DNA of 62,988 nt, filler included, from a bacterium (GTDB lineage Bacteria; UBA9089; CG2-30-40-21; SBAY01), in assembly GCA_040757115.1 (NCBI GenBank). It is 3 parts of 3 records of this genome, joined end to end, with 100 filler letters (N's around TTAATTAATTAA, not from the genome) between each part and the next. Parts side by side here need not be neighbours in the genome. Positions count along the whole stretch, not along the records: positions 21,366 to 42,183 come from JBFLYA010000051.1; positions 42,284 to 62,988 come from JBFLYA010000052.1; 1 more part is not named here. One strand, 5' to 3'. The notes beneath the pieces are model-generated. The model ran no database searches, was not told the origin of the DNA, and worked only from the letters and a program-made list of their open reading frames with translations. Every line of letters starts with the position of its first letter. Within the stretch, counting starts at the first letter, position 1. Both the position numbers and the translations under genes were made by a program. Below, one piece after another: positions 41,502 to 51,591 of the stretch.

Positions 41502-41748
41502 GTAACCGTTAGGAATATAACCACAGAGGCACAGAGTTCACAGAGAATTAAGGAAAGTAGCCACAAATGGATACGAATTAACCTCTGACAACCCATAAAT
41601 GTAGTGCGAACCTTTAAGTTCGCCTTTTGGCTTGCCAGAAGCGAAGCTAACGCCTCGCACTACAAATCTTTTTGTATTTGTGTTCATTCGTGGTTATATA
41701 TTCCTTCTGTGTTCTCTGTGACTCTGTGGCTATATCCTGAACGGTTAC
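41502..41748. mobile_element. GTAA-ended MITE with 9-mer arms and an intact GTAG REP doublet
   Basis: GTAACCGTT...TGAACGGTTAC; GTAGTGCGAACC..GTTCGC and CCTCGCACTAC in inverted orientation. Confidence 0.8.
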
Positions 41749-42152
41749 CAAATTCCAAACACCAAATTCTATTCGTTCAGAGTTCATTGTTTAAGACTCC
41801 TCGTTATTCGTTCAACGAATATCGAGGAACGGACTAATTTGGAAATTTGAATTTTGGTCATTGGGATTTATTTGTCCTTTGGAATTTGTGATTTGAAATT
41901 TCTTTGCCTCCTTTGTGCCTTTGCGAGAGGAATATTTTTTACCACCGATGACTGACGCATTACATAACGGACACGATTTTTGTTGACATTTATCCAAAAA
42001 TTTGTTATTCTTCTTTATACAGAAAGCATAGGGCTTCACGAAATTCTCTCACCCAAATATAGAAAAGATTAGAGGTGGAGGACAGATATTCCCCCTTAAT
42101 AAAGGGGGTTAGGGGGTTGTAAGTATATAAAGGGGGTTAGGGGGTTGTAAGT

Positions 42153-42183
42153 ATGAAGATTCATTACAATCCGAAATTGAAAA
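42153..42183 (+). CDS. N-terminus of a DUF559-type endonuclease-domain protein (cut by contig end)
   Basis: MKIHYNPKLK preceded by CCCCCTT..AAGGGGGTTAGGGGG repeats. Confidence 0.55.
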
Positions 42184-42283
42184 NNNNNNNNNNNNNNNNN
42201 NNNNNNNNNNNNNNNNNNNNNNNNNNNTTAATTAATTAANNNNNNNNNNNNNNNNNNNNNNNNNNNNNNNNNNNNNNNNNNNN
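42184..42283. other. Artificial contig linker
   Basis: N run, TTAATTAATTAA, N run. Confidence 0.95.
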
Positions 42284-42408
42284 ACGATCTTGAAGTAAAA
42301 ATACTCGAATATATCATGCATTGGAACAATTTTTGGGCTCATCCATTTGCATGGACGTATAATGGCAAACCCCTTAAACTGTGAAAGAACTTAGCTAACA
42401 CGGTACTA
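42284..42408 (+). mobile_element. Right end of an IS630-family element
   Basis: DLEVKILEYIMHWNNFWAHPFAWTYNGKPLKL* (stop 42382-42384); ends CACGGTAC|TA. Confidence 0.75.
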
Positions 42409-44274
42409 CTATTTCGCCTGAGTATGATTATACCAATAACAAATTTACAGAAATAGAGACAGTGGTAACCTCTCTTGACCCGAATGATAAATTAGTTAGC
42501 CCGCAAAGGTATATTCGAGATAATGAGTTGCTTAATTATACCATTCGCTTTGAGAATCAGGCAACCGCCACTGCCAGTGCTATCCTTATTACCATTGAAG
42601 ACCAATTATCTTCTAACCTGGACTGGACGACGATGAAGTTTGGTCAGATAAAGATAGACGATACAATCTATACCCTTGAGAATTTTGATAGAGGTAGTTT
42701 GGCTTGTAGTTATGATGTAGGGAGTGGAAGTATTCGCTGGGAATTTGACTTTAAGACCGGGGCGCAAGGATTGCCACCAAATATCGTTTCCCCTGAGGGT
42801 GAAGGATATGTCAGTTTCAGTGTTAATGCCAAACAAGGATTAGTGGCAGGAACGGAGATTACTAATCAGGCAAGTATTCGATTTGATTATAACCCATCGA
42901 TGGATACACCGCCAGTAACCAATATCGTTGATTTGAATAAACCAACTTCGACAATGACACCACTGCCTGCAACTCAAAGTAATACCTCATTTGTTGTTTC
43001 CTAGACAGGGACTGATACAGCTGGTAATAAATCTGGTCAGATAGAAAATTACACTATCTTCGTCTCGGATAACAATGGCACCTGGACAAAATGGCTGGAT
43101 GAGACGGTGGCGACATCTGGCACATTTACCGGGATGACAGGACATTCATACAAATTCTATTCTCTGGCCAAAGATAGGGCTAAAAATGATGAGGTAAAAA
43201 CACCAACAACAGAGGCACAGACAAGTTTAACTATCCCCAGACATCTTACCATAGCCACATTATCTACTACTCAGATACTTGTTGGTCAAACCTTATCACT
43301 GACATTGTCTATTTATGATACTTTAGGGAATTTAGTCACTGACTATGTTGGCACAGCCACACTGCAGGATAAATTAGGGGTTCTCGGAGAGGCAGTATTT
43401 AATGGCACCGCTACCTGGACAGGTGAGATAATTATTCCACAAATACCTAATGGCGGAACTAATGCCATTATTGTATCTGCCCCCTGGGGTTGGGGATGGA
43501 GTGAGCGATATATTGCTTATGGGTTTGGATTACGATGTGGGTGGAACAGTAACCTTATGGACACCAGGGATAGGAACGACAACGATTGGCTTTGGCTCGG
43601 GAACATTTATTCAAAGCTGGGACTTCTACATCATCATTAATTGTATCACGCCGGCAAATATTCCTGATAATGGGATAAGGGACTTTGTCCGCGAGATTTT
43701 GGCTTATAATGCCTATGATAGAAATACACAAATTACTGGCACTTTTACAAGAACTGCTTATCTTGAAATACCATATCCTGATGCTGACCAAAATGGATTT
43801 GTGGATGGAACAGCCGTTAAGGAAAGCACATTACGACTCTATGTCTGGGAAAATGACCAATGGCAGGAGGTGAGAACTTCAGGGGTAGATACACATAGAA
43901 ATGTTGTCTGGTGTCAGCTCAACCATTTATCAACCTTTATGCCGATGGGGATTTTAGTTGCTCCTTCAACATTAGGCAATGTGGCTGTTTATCCCAATCC
44001 ATTTAAACCAAATAGTGGCCTGGGGCATGAGTATATTACCTTTGGTAGTAAGCGTGAGATTAATCGGAGACTGACTTCGTATGCGACTATCAAGATTTAT
44101 ACCGTTGCGGGTGATTTAGTCAAGACATTAGAGGTTACACCGCAAGATAATGGGCAGAAGATATGGTATGCGGATAATGATGCGGATTATAAGGTTGCCA
44201 GCGGCGTGTATATATACTTGATTACCAATCCACAGGGCGAGAAATGCATTGGTAAGTTGGCGATTATCCGGTAA
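42409..44274 (+). pseudogene. Disrupted large secreted protein with T9SS/FlgD-type C-terminal domain
   Basis: SLDPNDK..YTIRFEN domain; in-frame TAG at 43002; frameshift in C5 run 43480-43484; YPNPFKP...VASGVY...KLAIIR end. Confidence 0.8.
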
Positions 44275-44334
44275 TTTTATCCGCAGATTACGCAGATTTT
44301 CGCAGATTTAATAATCTGTGTCCTCTGCGGAGCG

Positions 44335-46992
44335 TTATATTTCCCCCCAGTTCTTTCCCCAATGAATATCAATCTTTATTGGCACTAAAAATTGTCCTGC
44401 ACCCTCCATACACTCTTTAACTAAGCCACTTATTTCATCCAGATTTTCTTTTTTAACTTCAAAGATTAATTCATCATGAACCTGAAGAAGCATTTGGGCT
44501 TTTTGACGGTCTAATTTTTTATAAATGTTGAGCATGGCGATTTTAATCAAATCAGCACAAGAGCCTTGAATAGGCATATTAACTGCCTGGCGGTATGCAA
44601 ATTCACGCAATTGCCTGCTTTCAGAGTTGATTTCAGGTAAATATCGCTTTCTTCCCCACAAGGTTGAAACATATCCCTTTAGTTTTGCCTCCTCAATAGT
44701 TTTATCAATATAGCTTTTTACCCCGGGATACCTTTCAAAATAGCGACTAATTATCTCATTTGCCTGCGTTGGGCTAATCTTTAATTCCTGACTTAATCCA
44801 TAGGCACTCATCCCATAGGTAATGCCGAAATTAACAACCTTTGCGGCACGACGCATCTCAGGAGTAACCAAATCCGGGCTGCCACCAAATATTTCAATTG
44901 CTGTCTGAGTATGAATATCCTCATCATTGCGAAAGGCATTGATTAATCTTTCATCCAGGCTAATATGGGCTAAAAGCCGCAATTCTATCTGAGAATAATC
45001 CGCAGAAAGTAACAGGTAACCTTCATCCGCAATAAATGCCGCTCTTATTCGATTACCCAGTTCGGTGCGAATAGGAATATTTTGTAAATTAGGCTCGCTT
45101 GAGGTCAATCTTCCGGTTGCGGCAATCGTTTGATTATAAGAGGTATGAAGTCTATGGGTGATAGGATTGGTCAAGGATATTAATGCCTCAACATAGGTAG
45201 ATTTTAATTTGGATACCTCTCGATATTCCAGAAGTTTATCTGGCAATTCATGATAACAACTTAATTCCTTTAAAACCTGTTCATCAGTTGAAAATCCAGT
45301 TTTAGTTTTCTTTTTCACCGGCATTTTAAGTTTCTCAAATAATATAAATCCCAGCTGTTTGGGTGAATTAATATTAAATTCTGTTCCCGCAAGGATATAA
45401 ATCTCCTTTTCTAAATCATTCAACCTTTTGCCAAATTCTTGCGAAAGTTCTTTAAGATAATGAATGTCAATTTTGATACCATCCTGTTCCATCTGTGCCA
45501 GGACATCAACTAATGGCATCTCTATTTCTTCAAACAAAGAGATAAGATTTTCTTCATTTAATCTGAATCTTAGTATTTCATCACCTAGTCGATGTATAAA
45601 ATCTGCATTTGAGCAGGCATACTCTCCTACCTGCTGAATTTCTACAGCAGATATAGATGTTCCCTTAGCCATTATATCTTTAGCCGAGGGTTTAGTAATT
45701 CCATAATAATTTAAGATTATCTCTTCTAAATTATGTTTTGCCGTAGAATTTATAAGATAGGAAGCAATCATGGTGTCGAATTTTGTTCCTTTGAGTCTAA
45801 TTCCCTGATTAGTTAGAATAATTAGTTCATATTTAATATTTTGCCCAAGTTTCTTTGTATTCTTTGCTTCTAAAAAAGGTTTTAGTGCCTCCAGAACATA
45901 TTCCTTTTTTAACTGTGGGGGTGCTCCCGGATATTCATGTGCAATAGGAATATAGTATGCACAATAGGGTTTGAGGGAGATTGCAATTCCAACTATTTGA
46001 GCATTCATAGGATTTATAGCGGTAGTTACTAAATTAATACTAAATGAAGAGGTATTTTTCAGGGAATTTAGTAATATTTGAAACTTATCTTTATCCGCAA
46101 TTATATGATAGTCTCCTGACACCTCTTTTTTATACAGCCCAAGTTCTTTCAGGAGTTTTTTAAATTCTAATCTATTCAGTATTTCAAATACTTTTTCTTT
46201 GTCATAATCTTTTATTTTACAGGCTTCTAAATCTACCTCGATAGGAACATTGGTATCAAGCGTAACCAATTCTTTACTCATAATAGCACTTTGTGAGTGT
46301 CCGTTAATGTTTTCACGAAGGTTTTCATTAGAAACCTGATTAAGATTATTAAGTAAATTTTCTATGCCTCCAAACTGCTGGATGAGTTTAACTGCCGTTT
46401 TTTCGCCTACTCCTTTGATTCCTGGAATATTATCTGAGGTATCTCCAGACAGACCGAGGAGATCAATGATATTATGAGGTTGGACACCAAATTTTTCATT
46501 AACACCCTGAACATCATAAAGCACCGTTTCTGATAGCCCTTTTTTAGTTGCCAGGACCTTTATTTTATCATCCACAATTTGCAAAATATCCTTATCCCCG
46601 GAAACGACAACTATTTCATCTACCTCATTCTCATACCTTTTGGCTATTGTGCCAATAATATCATCTGCTTCATATTCACCCTTTGCAAATATGGGGATAT
46701 TAAATGCCGAGATGACCTCCATAATAAGTGACATCTGGGATTGCATTTCACCAGGCATCTTCTGTCGTTGAGCTTTATATTCAGGATATTTTTTATGTCT
46801 AAAGGTAGGGACTTTAGAATCAAACACAACTGCCAGGTATTCTGGCTTTTCTTCTTTGATTAATTTTAGGAGCATAATGGTGAAGCCGTAAACGGCATTG
46901 GTGGGTATGCCTGTAGAAGTTGATAATAACTTAATAGCATAAAACGCTCGATAGATTAAACTATGCCCATCTACTAAAAATAACCTTTTCAT
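44335..46992 (-). CDS. polA: DNA polymerase I
   Basis: LVDGHS, EADD, DYSQIELR, KVVNFG, QVHDEL; annotated TTG 47034 is the -35 box of the promoter at 47006-47034. Confidence 0.97.
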   Translation of the reverse strand: MKRLFLVDGHSLIYRAFYAIKLLSTSTGIPTNAVYGFTIMLLKLIKEEKPEYLAVVFDSKVPTFRHKKYPEYKAQRQKMPGEMQSQMSLIMEVISAFNIPIFAKGEYEADDIIGTIAKRYENEVDEIVVVSGDKDILQIVDDKIKVLATKKGLSETVLYDVQGVNEKFGVQPHNIIDLLGLSGDTSDNIPGIKGVGEKTAVKLIQQFGGIENLLNNLNQVSNENLRENINGHSQSAIMSKELVTLDTNVPIEVDLEACKIKDYDKEKVFEILNRLEFKKLLKELGLYKKEVSGDYHIIADKDKFQILLNSLKNTSSFSINLVTTAINPMNAQIVGIAISLKPYCAYYIPIAHEYPGAPPQLKKEYVLEALKPFLEAKNTKKLGQNIKYELIILTNQGIRLKGTKFDTMIASYLINSTAKHNLEEIILNYYGITKPSAKDIMAKGTSISAVEIQQVGEYACSNADFIHRLGDEILRFRLNEENLISLFEEIEMPLVDVLAQMEQDGIKIDIHYLKELSQEFGKRLNDLEKEIYILAGTEFNINSPKQLGFILFEKLKMPVKKKTKTGFSTDEQVLKELSCYHELPDKLLEYREVSKLKSTYVEALISLTNPITHRLHTSYNQTIAATGRLTSSEPNLQNIPIRTELGNRIRAAFIADEGYLLLSADYSQIELRLLAHISLDERLINAFRNDEDIHTQTAIEIFGGSPDLVTPEMRRAAKVVNFGITYGMSAYGLSQELKISPTQANEIISRYFERYPGVKSYIDKTIEEAKLKGYVSTLWGRKRYLPEINSESRQLREFAYRQAVNMPIQGSCADLIKIAMLNIYKKLDRQKAQMLLQVHDELIFEVKKENLDEISGLVKECMEGAGQFLVPIKIDIHWGKNWGEI

Positions 46993-47045
46993 TAAATTTA
47001 TTTCAATTTTACCATTTAATAAAGGTTCTGTCAATAGAAAAATTG

Positions 47046-47291
47046 GTAACCGTTCAGGTGGTAATTTACCGCAGAGACGCAGAGAAACAGAGAGGAAAAT
47101 ATCTTTTTTTTCGTGTTTTTCGCGTTTTTCGGTGTTTAAAAAGGCTTAAAAACAGTTAGTCAAAAGTCCGTATTAAAAGATTAATAAACAACGAAAGACC
47201 CGAAATGCACAAAAAAAAGGAAATTTCTGTCTCTGGTGAATAGATTTTAATTTTTTCTCTGCGTCTCTGTGTCTCTGCGGTGAACGGTTAC
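47046..47291. mobile_element. GTAA-ended MITE with nested 9-mer hairpins
   Basis: GTAACCGTTCAGG...TGAACGGTTAC; AAATTG on both sides; near-identical copy at 59048-59281. Confidence 0.8.
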
Positions 47292-47417
47292 AAATTGAAG
47301 ATGTGGCTATTTTTCTGTTGACAATTCTAATAGGTTATGATAACCTAAATAGGAAGTTAGGGGTGTGTGTAATAAAAGCAGGTAAAATTGGACACGCCCC
47401 CGAAGGTGAGATAAATT

Positions 47418-47627
47418 ATGAGCACTAAAATAGGTAATCCAGCGGATGTGGAGGGGATGTTTGAGGTAATAAAATTAATAGAGGAATTACGCGATATATT
47501 TCGGCAAACCGCTCCACTCCATATTCTCAATTCTCAACAAAAACAACAGGCAAAACAATTATTATCCACGGCTAAAAATATACTGGATAAGGTAGAAAAG
47601 TCCCTGTGCGGTTATAGCGATTATTAA
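47418..47627 (+). CDS. Small hypothetical protein
   Basis: Promoter TTGACA-17-TAACCT at 47318, AGGTG RBS, helical sequence; last codons come from a repeat. Confidence 0.55.
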   Translation: MSTKIGNPADVEGMFEVIKLIEELRDIFRQTAPLHILNSQQKQQAKQLLSTAKNILDKVEKSLCGYSDY

Positions 47628-47819
47628 CTGGAAGTCTACATAGGATAATACCCATAAATAAGGCATGAGAATAATCGTTCCGTTAGGAACATAATATCGG
47701 TAGGAATAGATAGACAAATCAATCAGTTCCGTAGGAACGATATATTGGTAGAAAATTTATGGAAAGCCATTTACCGATATATTGTCCCTATGGGACAATA
47801 TTTGTATGATATTTATTTC

Positions 47820-48034
47820 GTAACTATTCACCATTCACAATTTCTTCCCTAAATTTCCTTAATAATGGTGAATGGTGAATTGTCAATTGTGAATTGTGAA
47901 TTATCACTCTTCACGGTGTCAAGCAAACCTGGCCCAAGAGTTCGATGCACCGCTATAGCGCATCCAATGACTCTATTCGATAATTCATCAAATTTCACTT
48001 CGTGCTCTCCGTCCCCTTCGTGGTGAATAGTTAC
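47820..48034. mobile_element. GTAA-ended MITE with perfect 8-bp duplication
   Basis: TTTATTTC|GTAACTATTCACCA...TGGTGAATAGTTAC|TTTATTTC. Confidence 0.85.
47921..47998 (-). pseudogene. GxxExxY protein N-terminal fragment
   Basis: VKFDELSNRVIGCAIAVHRTLGPGLL, broken just before the ExxY motif. Confidence 0.8.
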
Positions 48035-48418
48035 TTTATTTCTACCGATATGTTGTCCCTATGGGACATTATAGCGGTTATTAACTGGAAGTCTACAGAG
48101 GATAATGCCCATAAATAAGGCAGGAGAATAATCGTTCCGTGAGGAACATAATATCGGTAGTCTTACCATGAGAATAATCGTTCCGTTAGGAACATAATAT
48201 CGGTAGGAATAGATAGACAAATCAATCAGTTCCGTAGGAACGATATATTGGTAGAATTAAAGAGATGGATGTTTGTTCAAAATCTTTCTTTTTTTCTGTG
48301 AATAGGCTGAAGGCGAAAGGCTTAAGGCTGAAGATTTTTTATCCTATATCCTTCAGTCTTCAGCCTACTTTTTACTTTCTCCTCCCTTTTATCCGTGCTC
48401 ATCCGTGTTAATCAGTGG

Positions 48419-49120
48419 CTAAACAGTTATCTCATCTCTAATTTGCTTCACTACTTTGATGGGATTTTCGGCGGCGATTATCGGTCTGCCAACCACGATA
48501 AAATTTGCTCCTGAGTCTATCGCCTGTTTTGCCGTTGCTATTCTTTTTTGGTCATCCAGGATACCGGCAGGTCTAATTCCTGGTGTAACAATAATAAAAT
48601 CTTGTCCACATTCCGTTCTAATCGCCTTAATCTCATGACTTGAGGCAACTACTCCATCAAGTCCTGATGATTTGGCTAACCTGGTTAAAGTAATCACTTC
48701 ATCATTCAAATCCTTTTCTATCCCAATTTCTTCAAGCACATCTGAATCTAAACTTGTCAGGATAGTTACTCCAATGACTAATGGTTTTGGTTGAAATTGT
48801 GCAAGTGTTTTAACTACACCTTGCATCATCTCCTTGCCGCCGAGGGTATGAATAGTGAACATAAAAATACCTATTTTAGCCACTATTTTTGTTGCAGAAA
48901 CCACCGTATTTGGAATATCGTGATATTTCAGGTCTAAAAATACCTTACCACCTTTGTCATGAACCATTTTAACCGCCTCAGGTCCTGCGGCTGTAAATAA
49001 CTGAGCCCCAACCTTAAAAATTGTAACATAATCTTTTAATTGGTTCACTAATTTTTCTGCGTCTTTCAAATTATCAACATCTAAGGCGACAATTAGCCGT
49101 TCTTCTGATTTTAGTTGCAT
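48419..49120 (-). CDS. pyrF: Orotidine 5'-phosphate decarboxylase
   Basis: IVALD, FLDLKYHDIPNTV, VTPGIR, VVGRPI. Confidence 0.97.
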   Translation of the reverse strand: MQLKSEERLIVALDVDNLKDAEKLVNQLKDYVTIFKVGAQLFTAAGPEAVKMVHDKGGKVFLDLKYHDIPNTVVSATKIVAKIGIFMFTIHTLGGKEMMQGVVKTLAQFQPKPLVIGVTILTSLDSDVLEEIGIEKDLNDEVITLTRLAKSSGLDGVVASSHEIKAIRTECGQDFIIVTPGIRPAGILDDQKRIATAKQAIDSGANFIVVGRPIIAAENPIKVVKQIRDEITV

Positions 49121-49165
49121 TATTACCCTTCCTTTTTTTCTCCTGGTCAGAGAAATCGGTCTAAC

Positions 49166-50053
49166 TTATTCGATTAGTCTGGCTTTTTTATTTTCTCTCA
49201 AATAATTTTCTATCCCTGCAATAATCTTTAACGGGACTTGCGGGTCAACGAAATTTGCCGTGCCGACTGCGACTGCGGTTGCTCCAGCAATGATGAATTC
49301 TAAGGCATCGGTGGTGTTCATAATTCCGCCCTGCCCAATAATGGGGACATGGACGGCCTTTGCGACCTCAAAGACCATTCGGAGTGCAATTGGTTTGATT
49401 GCTGGTCCGGACAACCCACCAGTAATATTAGCCAAAATAGGTTTTCGGGTATTAACATCAATCGCCATTCCCATGATAGTATTGATTAAAGAGATGGCAT
49501 CTGTGCCCGCATCTTCGGCGGCTCTGGCAATTACTTTTATATCCGTAACATTTGGAGATAGCTTGGTGATTAATGGAACTTTGCTCACCTGACGAACATT
49601 GCTTACCACTTGATATGTCAGGGAGGAATCCTGCCCAAATTCCAATCCCCCTTTTGCCACATTCGGACAGGAAATGTTAATCTCCAAACCATCTACTAAT
49701 CCATCTAACCTTCTGGCTAATTCAACATATTCCTCAACCGTCTTCCCGGCAATATTGGCAATCAGCGGGGTATCGAATTGCCGCAGGTAGGGTAATTTTT
49801 CCTTGATGAATTTTTCTACCCCGACATTTTCTAAACCAATGGCATTAAGCATTCCGCAGGGAGTTTCTACAATGCGAGGTGGAGGATTACCCTGGCGTGG
49901 GGCTAATGTAATTCCTTTACTCACAATTGCCCCGAGTTTATTTAAATCAATCAATTGAGCGTATTCCTCGCCATATCCAAATGTGCCGGAGGCAACCATC
50001 ACTGGATTTTTCATCTTTATACTGGCAATATTTACTGTTAAATCAGGGTTCAT
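49166..50053 (-). CDS. pyrD: Dihydroorotate dehydrogenase (class 1B catalytic subunit)
   Basis: [37 protein letters not shown] supports ATG 50053. Confidence 0.95.
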   Translation of the reverse strand: MNPDLTVNIASIKMKNPVMVASGTFGYGEEYAQLIDLNKLGAIVSKGITLAPRQGNPPPRIVETPCGMLNAIGLENVGVEKFIKEKLPYLRQFDTPLIANIAGKTVEEYVELARRLDGLVDGLEINISCPNVAKGGLEFGQDSSLTYQVVSNVRQVSKVPLITKLSPNVTDIKVIARAAEDAGTDAISLINTIMGMAIDVNTRKPILANITGGLSGPAIKPIALRMVFEVAKAVHVPIIGQGGIMNTTDALEFIIAGATAVAVGTANFVDPQVPLKIIAGIENYLRENKKARLIE

Positions 50054-50131
50054 TCTTTTCTCCAATCGCCTATCCTCATGAAAAAATAGTTCACACCTTA
50101 TTTCTTCAATCCTGAACCTTCCCGAATAATC

Positions 50132-50342
50132 GCGACCGTTCAGGTGGTAATTTACCGCAGAGACGCAGAGGAACAGAGAAGACATAGAAATAAAGTAACT
50201 ATTCAGCCATTGATTAACACGAATTAGCACGGATAAAAAAATAAAATCAGTGTTTCATCTATGTCCATCTGTGGCTGAATAGTTACCAATAGATTTTAAT
50301 TTTTTTTCTCTGCGTCTCTGTGTCTCTGCGGTGAACAGTTAC
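50132..50342. mobile_element. GTAA-ended MITE in the folP 3' end, containing a second one at 50195-50286
   Basis: Perfect GAATAATC duplication at 50124-50131 and 50343-50350. Confidence 0.85.
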
Positions 50343-51543
50343 GAATAATCGCATCAAGCATAAGTGCTACTCGCCTGGCAGATTTAACATCATGCACGCG
50401 AAGGATATTTGCTCCATTTAATATCGAAATTGCCACTGTCGCCAGAGTCCCTTCTAATCGCTCTTCAACCGGTAAGTCCAGAATTTTACCAATAAACGAT
50501 TTTCGTGAAGTGCCAATTAAAATTGGTAAGCCAGGACTTTTGAATTCTCTTAATCTTCTTAAAATCTGTAGATTATGCTCCACCGTCTTCCCAAATCCTA
50601 TTCCGGGGTCGATAATAATCTTTTCTTTATCTATTCCAGAATCTTGAGCAAATTTAACTCTTTCTCTAAGATAAAGTATAATTTCAGAAACGACACATTT
50701 ATATTGAGGGTTTTCCTGCATATCTTGTGGTGTGCCTTGAATATGCATCAAGACAACAGGGACTTTATATCCAGCGACTACCTTTGCCATATTCATATCA
50801 AATTTTAAGGCACTAATATCATTAATGATATGTGCCCCTTCAGCCAAACAGGCTTTTGCGACCTCTGATTTATATGTATCTATGGAGAGCGGTAAATCAA
50901 TATTTTCTTTAATAAGCCTTTTTACGATTGGTATGAGTCTTTCTAATTCTTCTTTTACCGAAGACGGTTTGGCTCCCGGGCGTGTAGATTCCCCACCAAT
51001 ATCAATTATATCTGCCCCTTCTTCCTTCATCTCAAATGCCCTTTTAATAGCCTTTTCAGGTTCATCATATTGTCCACCATCTGAAAAAGAATCTGGCGTT
51101 ACATTTAAAATACCCATAATAAAAGTTCTTTGGGCAAGGTTAAATTGGTATTTTCCACAGACTAACTTGAAGTCATCCTTAATAAAATTATTTAATACCT
51201 CTTCAATCTTATCGGCGAGGTCAGATAGTCCAAAATATTGGGATTGAAGTTTGCTGATTAATCTTTGATAATGTTTTAAGCTACCTATGAGCAGGACATC
51301 TGTGGTTTTGCAGTTGAGAGAGATGGCGTCTTTAGTTAGAGCCGCCTCACCGCCGATGGAAAGCATTTCTTGTTTAAGGATAAGGGCAGGTTTTAGAGCA
51401 ACATCTTCTAATTTTATCACCCGGCATACTGCTTTTTTCGCCATTAAATCAATTCCTTTAGGGTCAACACTTATCTTTTTCATCTCATCACAGATTTGTT
51501 TTTCATTATAGATTTCTAAAACTCTGATTTTATAATCATTCAT
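50296..51543 (-). CDS. folP: Dihydropteroate synthase with N-terminal extension
   Basis: MGILNVTPDSFSDGG, GGESTRPG, DPGIGFGK, GTSRKSF, RVHDV. Confidence 0.95.
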   Translation of the reverse strand: MNDYKIRVLEIYNEKQICDEMKKISVDPKGIDLMAKKAVCRVIKLEDVALKPALILKQEMLSIGGEAALTKDAISLNCKTTDVLLIGSLKHYQRLISKLQSQYFGLSDLADKIEEVLNNFIKDDFKLVCGKYQFNLAQRTFIMGILNVTPDSFSDGGQYDEPEKAIKRAFEMKEEGADIIDIGGESTRPGAKPSSVKEELERLIPIVKRLIKENIDLPLSIDTYKSEVAKACLAEGAHIINDISALKFDMNMAKVVAGYKVPVVLMHIQGTPQDMQENPQYKCVVSEIILYLRERVKFAQDSGIDKEKIIIDPGIGFGKTVEHNLQILRRLREFKSPGLPILIGTSRKSFIGKILDLPVEERLEGTLATVAISILNGANILRVHDVKSARRVALMLDAIIRNCSPQRHRDAEKKN

Positions 51544-51591
51544 TTCGTTATCACCTCATAGAGGGTAGTTCAGGGTAACCTTTGTCAACTT

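Larger units (their letters stand above)
47613..48255. repeat. Cluster of REP-like palindromes with tandem duplication
   Basis: Repeated GTTCCGT(T)AGGAAC...GGTAG and TACCGATAT..TGTCCCTATGGGACA; TATAGCG.TTATTAAC..GGAAGTCTAC at 47613, 48070 and 3535. Confidence 0.75.

Noticed and set aside
43002-43004. Stop-codon reassignment or readthrough at the in-frame TAG
   Set aside because: TAG ends ordinary genes here (3410, 29500) and the same gene has a frameshift and an IS insertion; decay is simpler
47360-47400. GGGGTGTGT...ACACGCCCC hairpin as a riboswitch
   Set aside because: No aptamer consensus recognised; more like a collapsed GGGTG-ended element, and no clear duplication supports even that
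47613-48255. Possible CRISPR array
   Set aside because: Repeats occur in both orientations, spacing is irregular, intervening sequence is itself duplicated, and no cas genes are present
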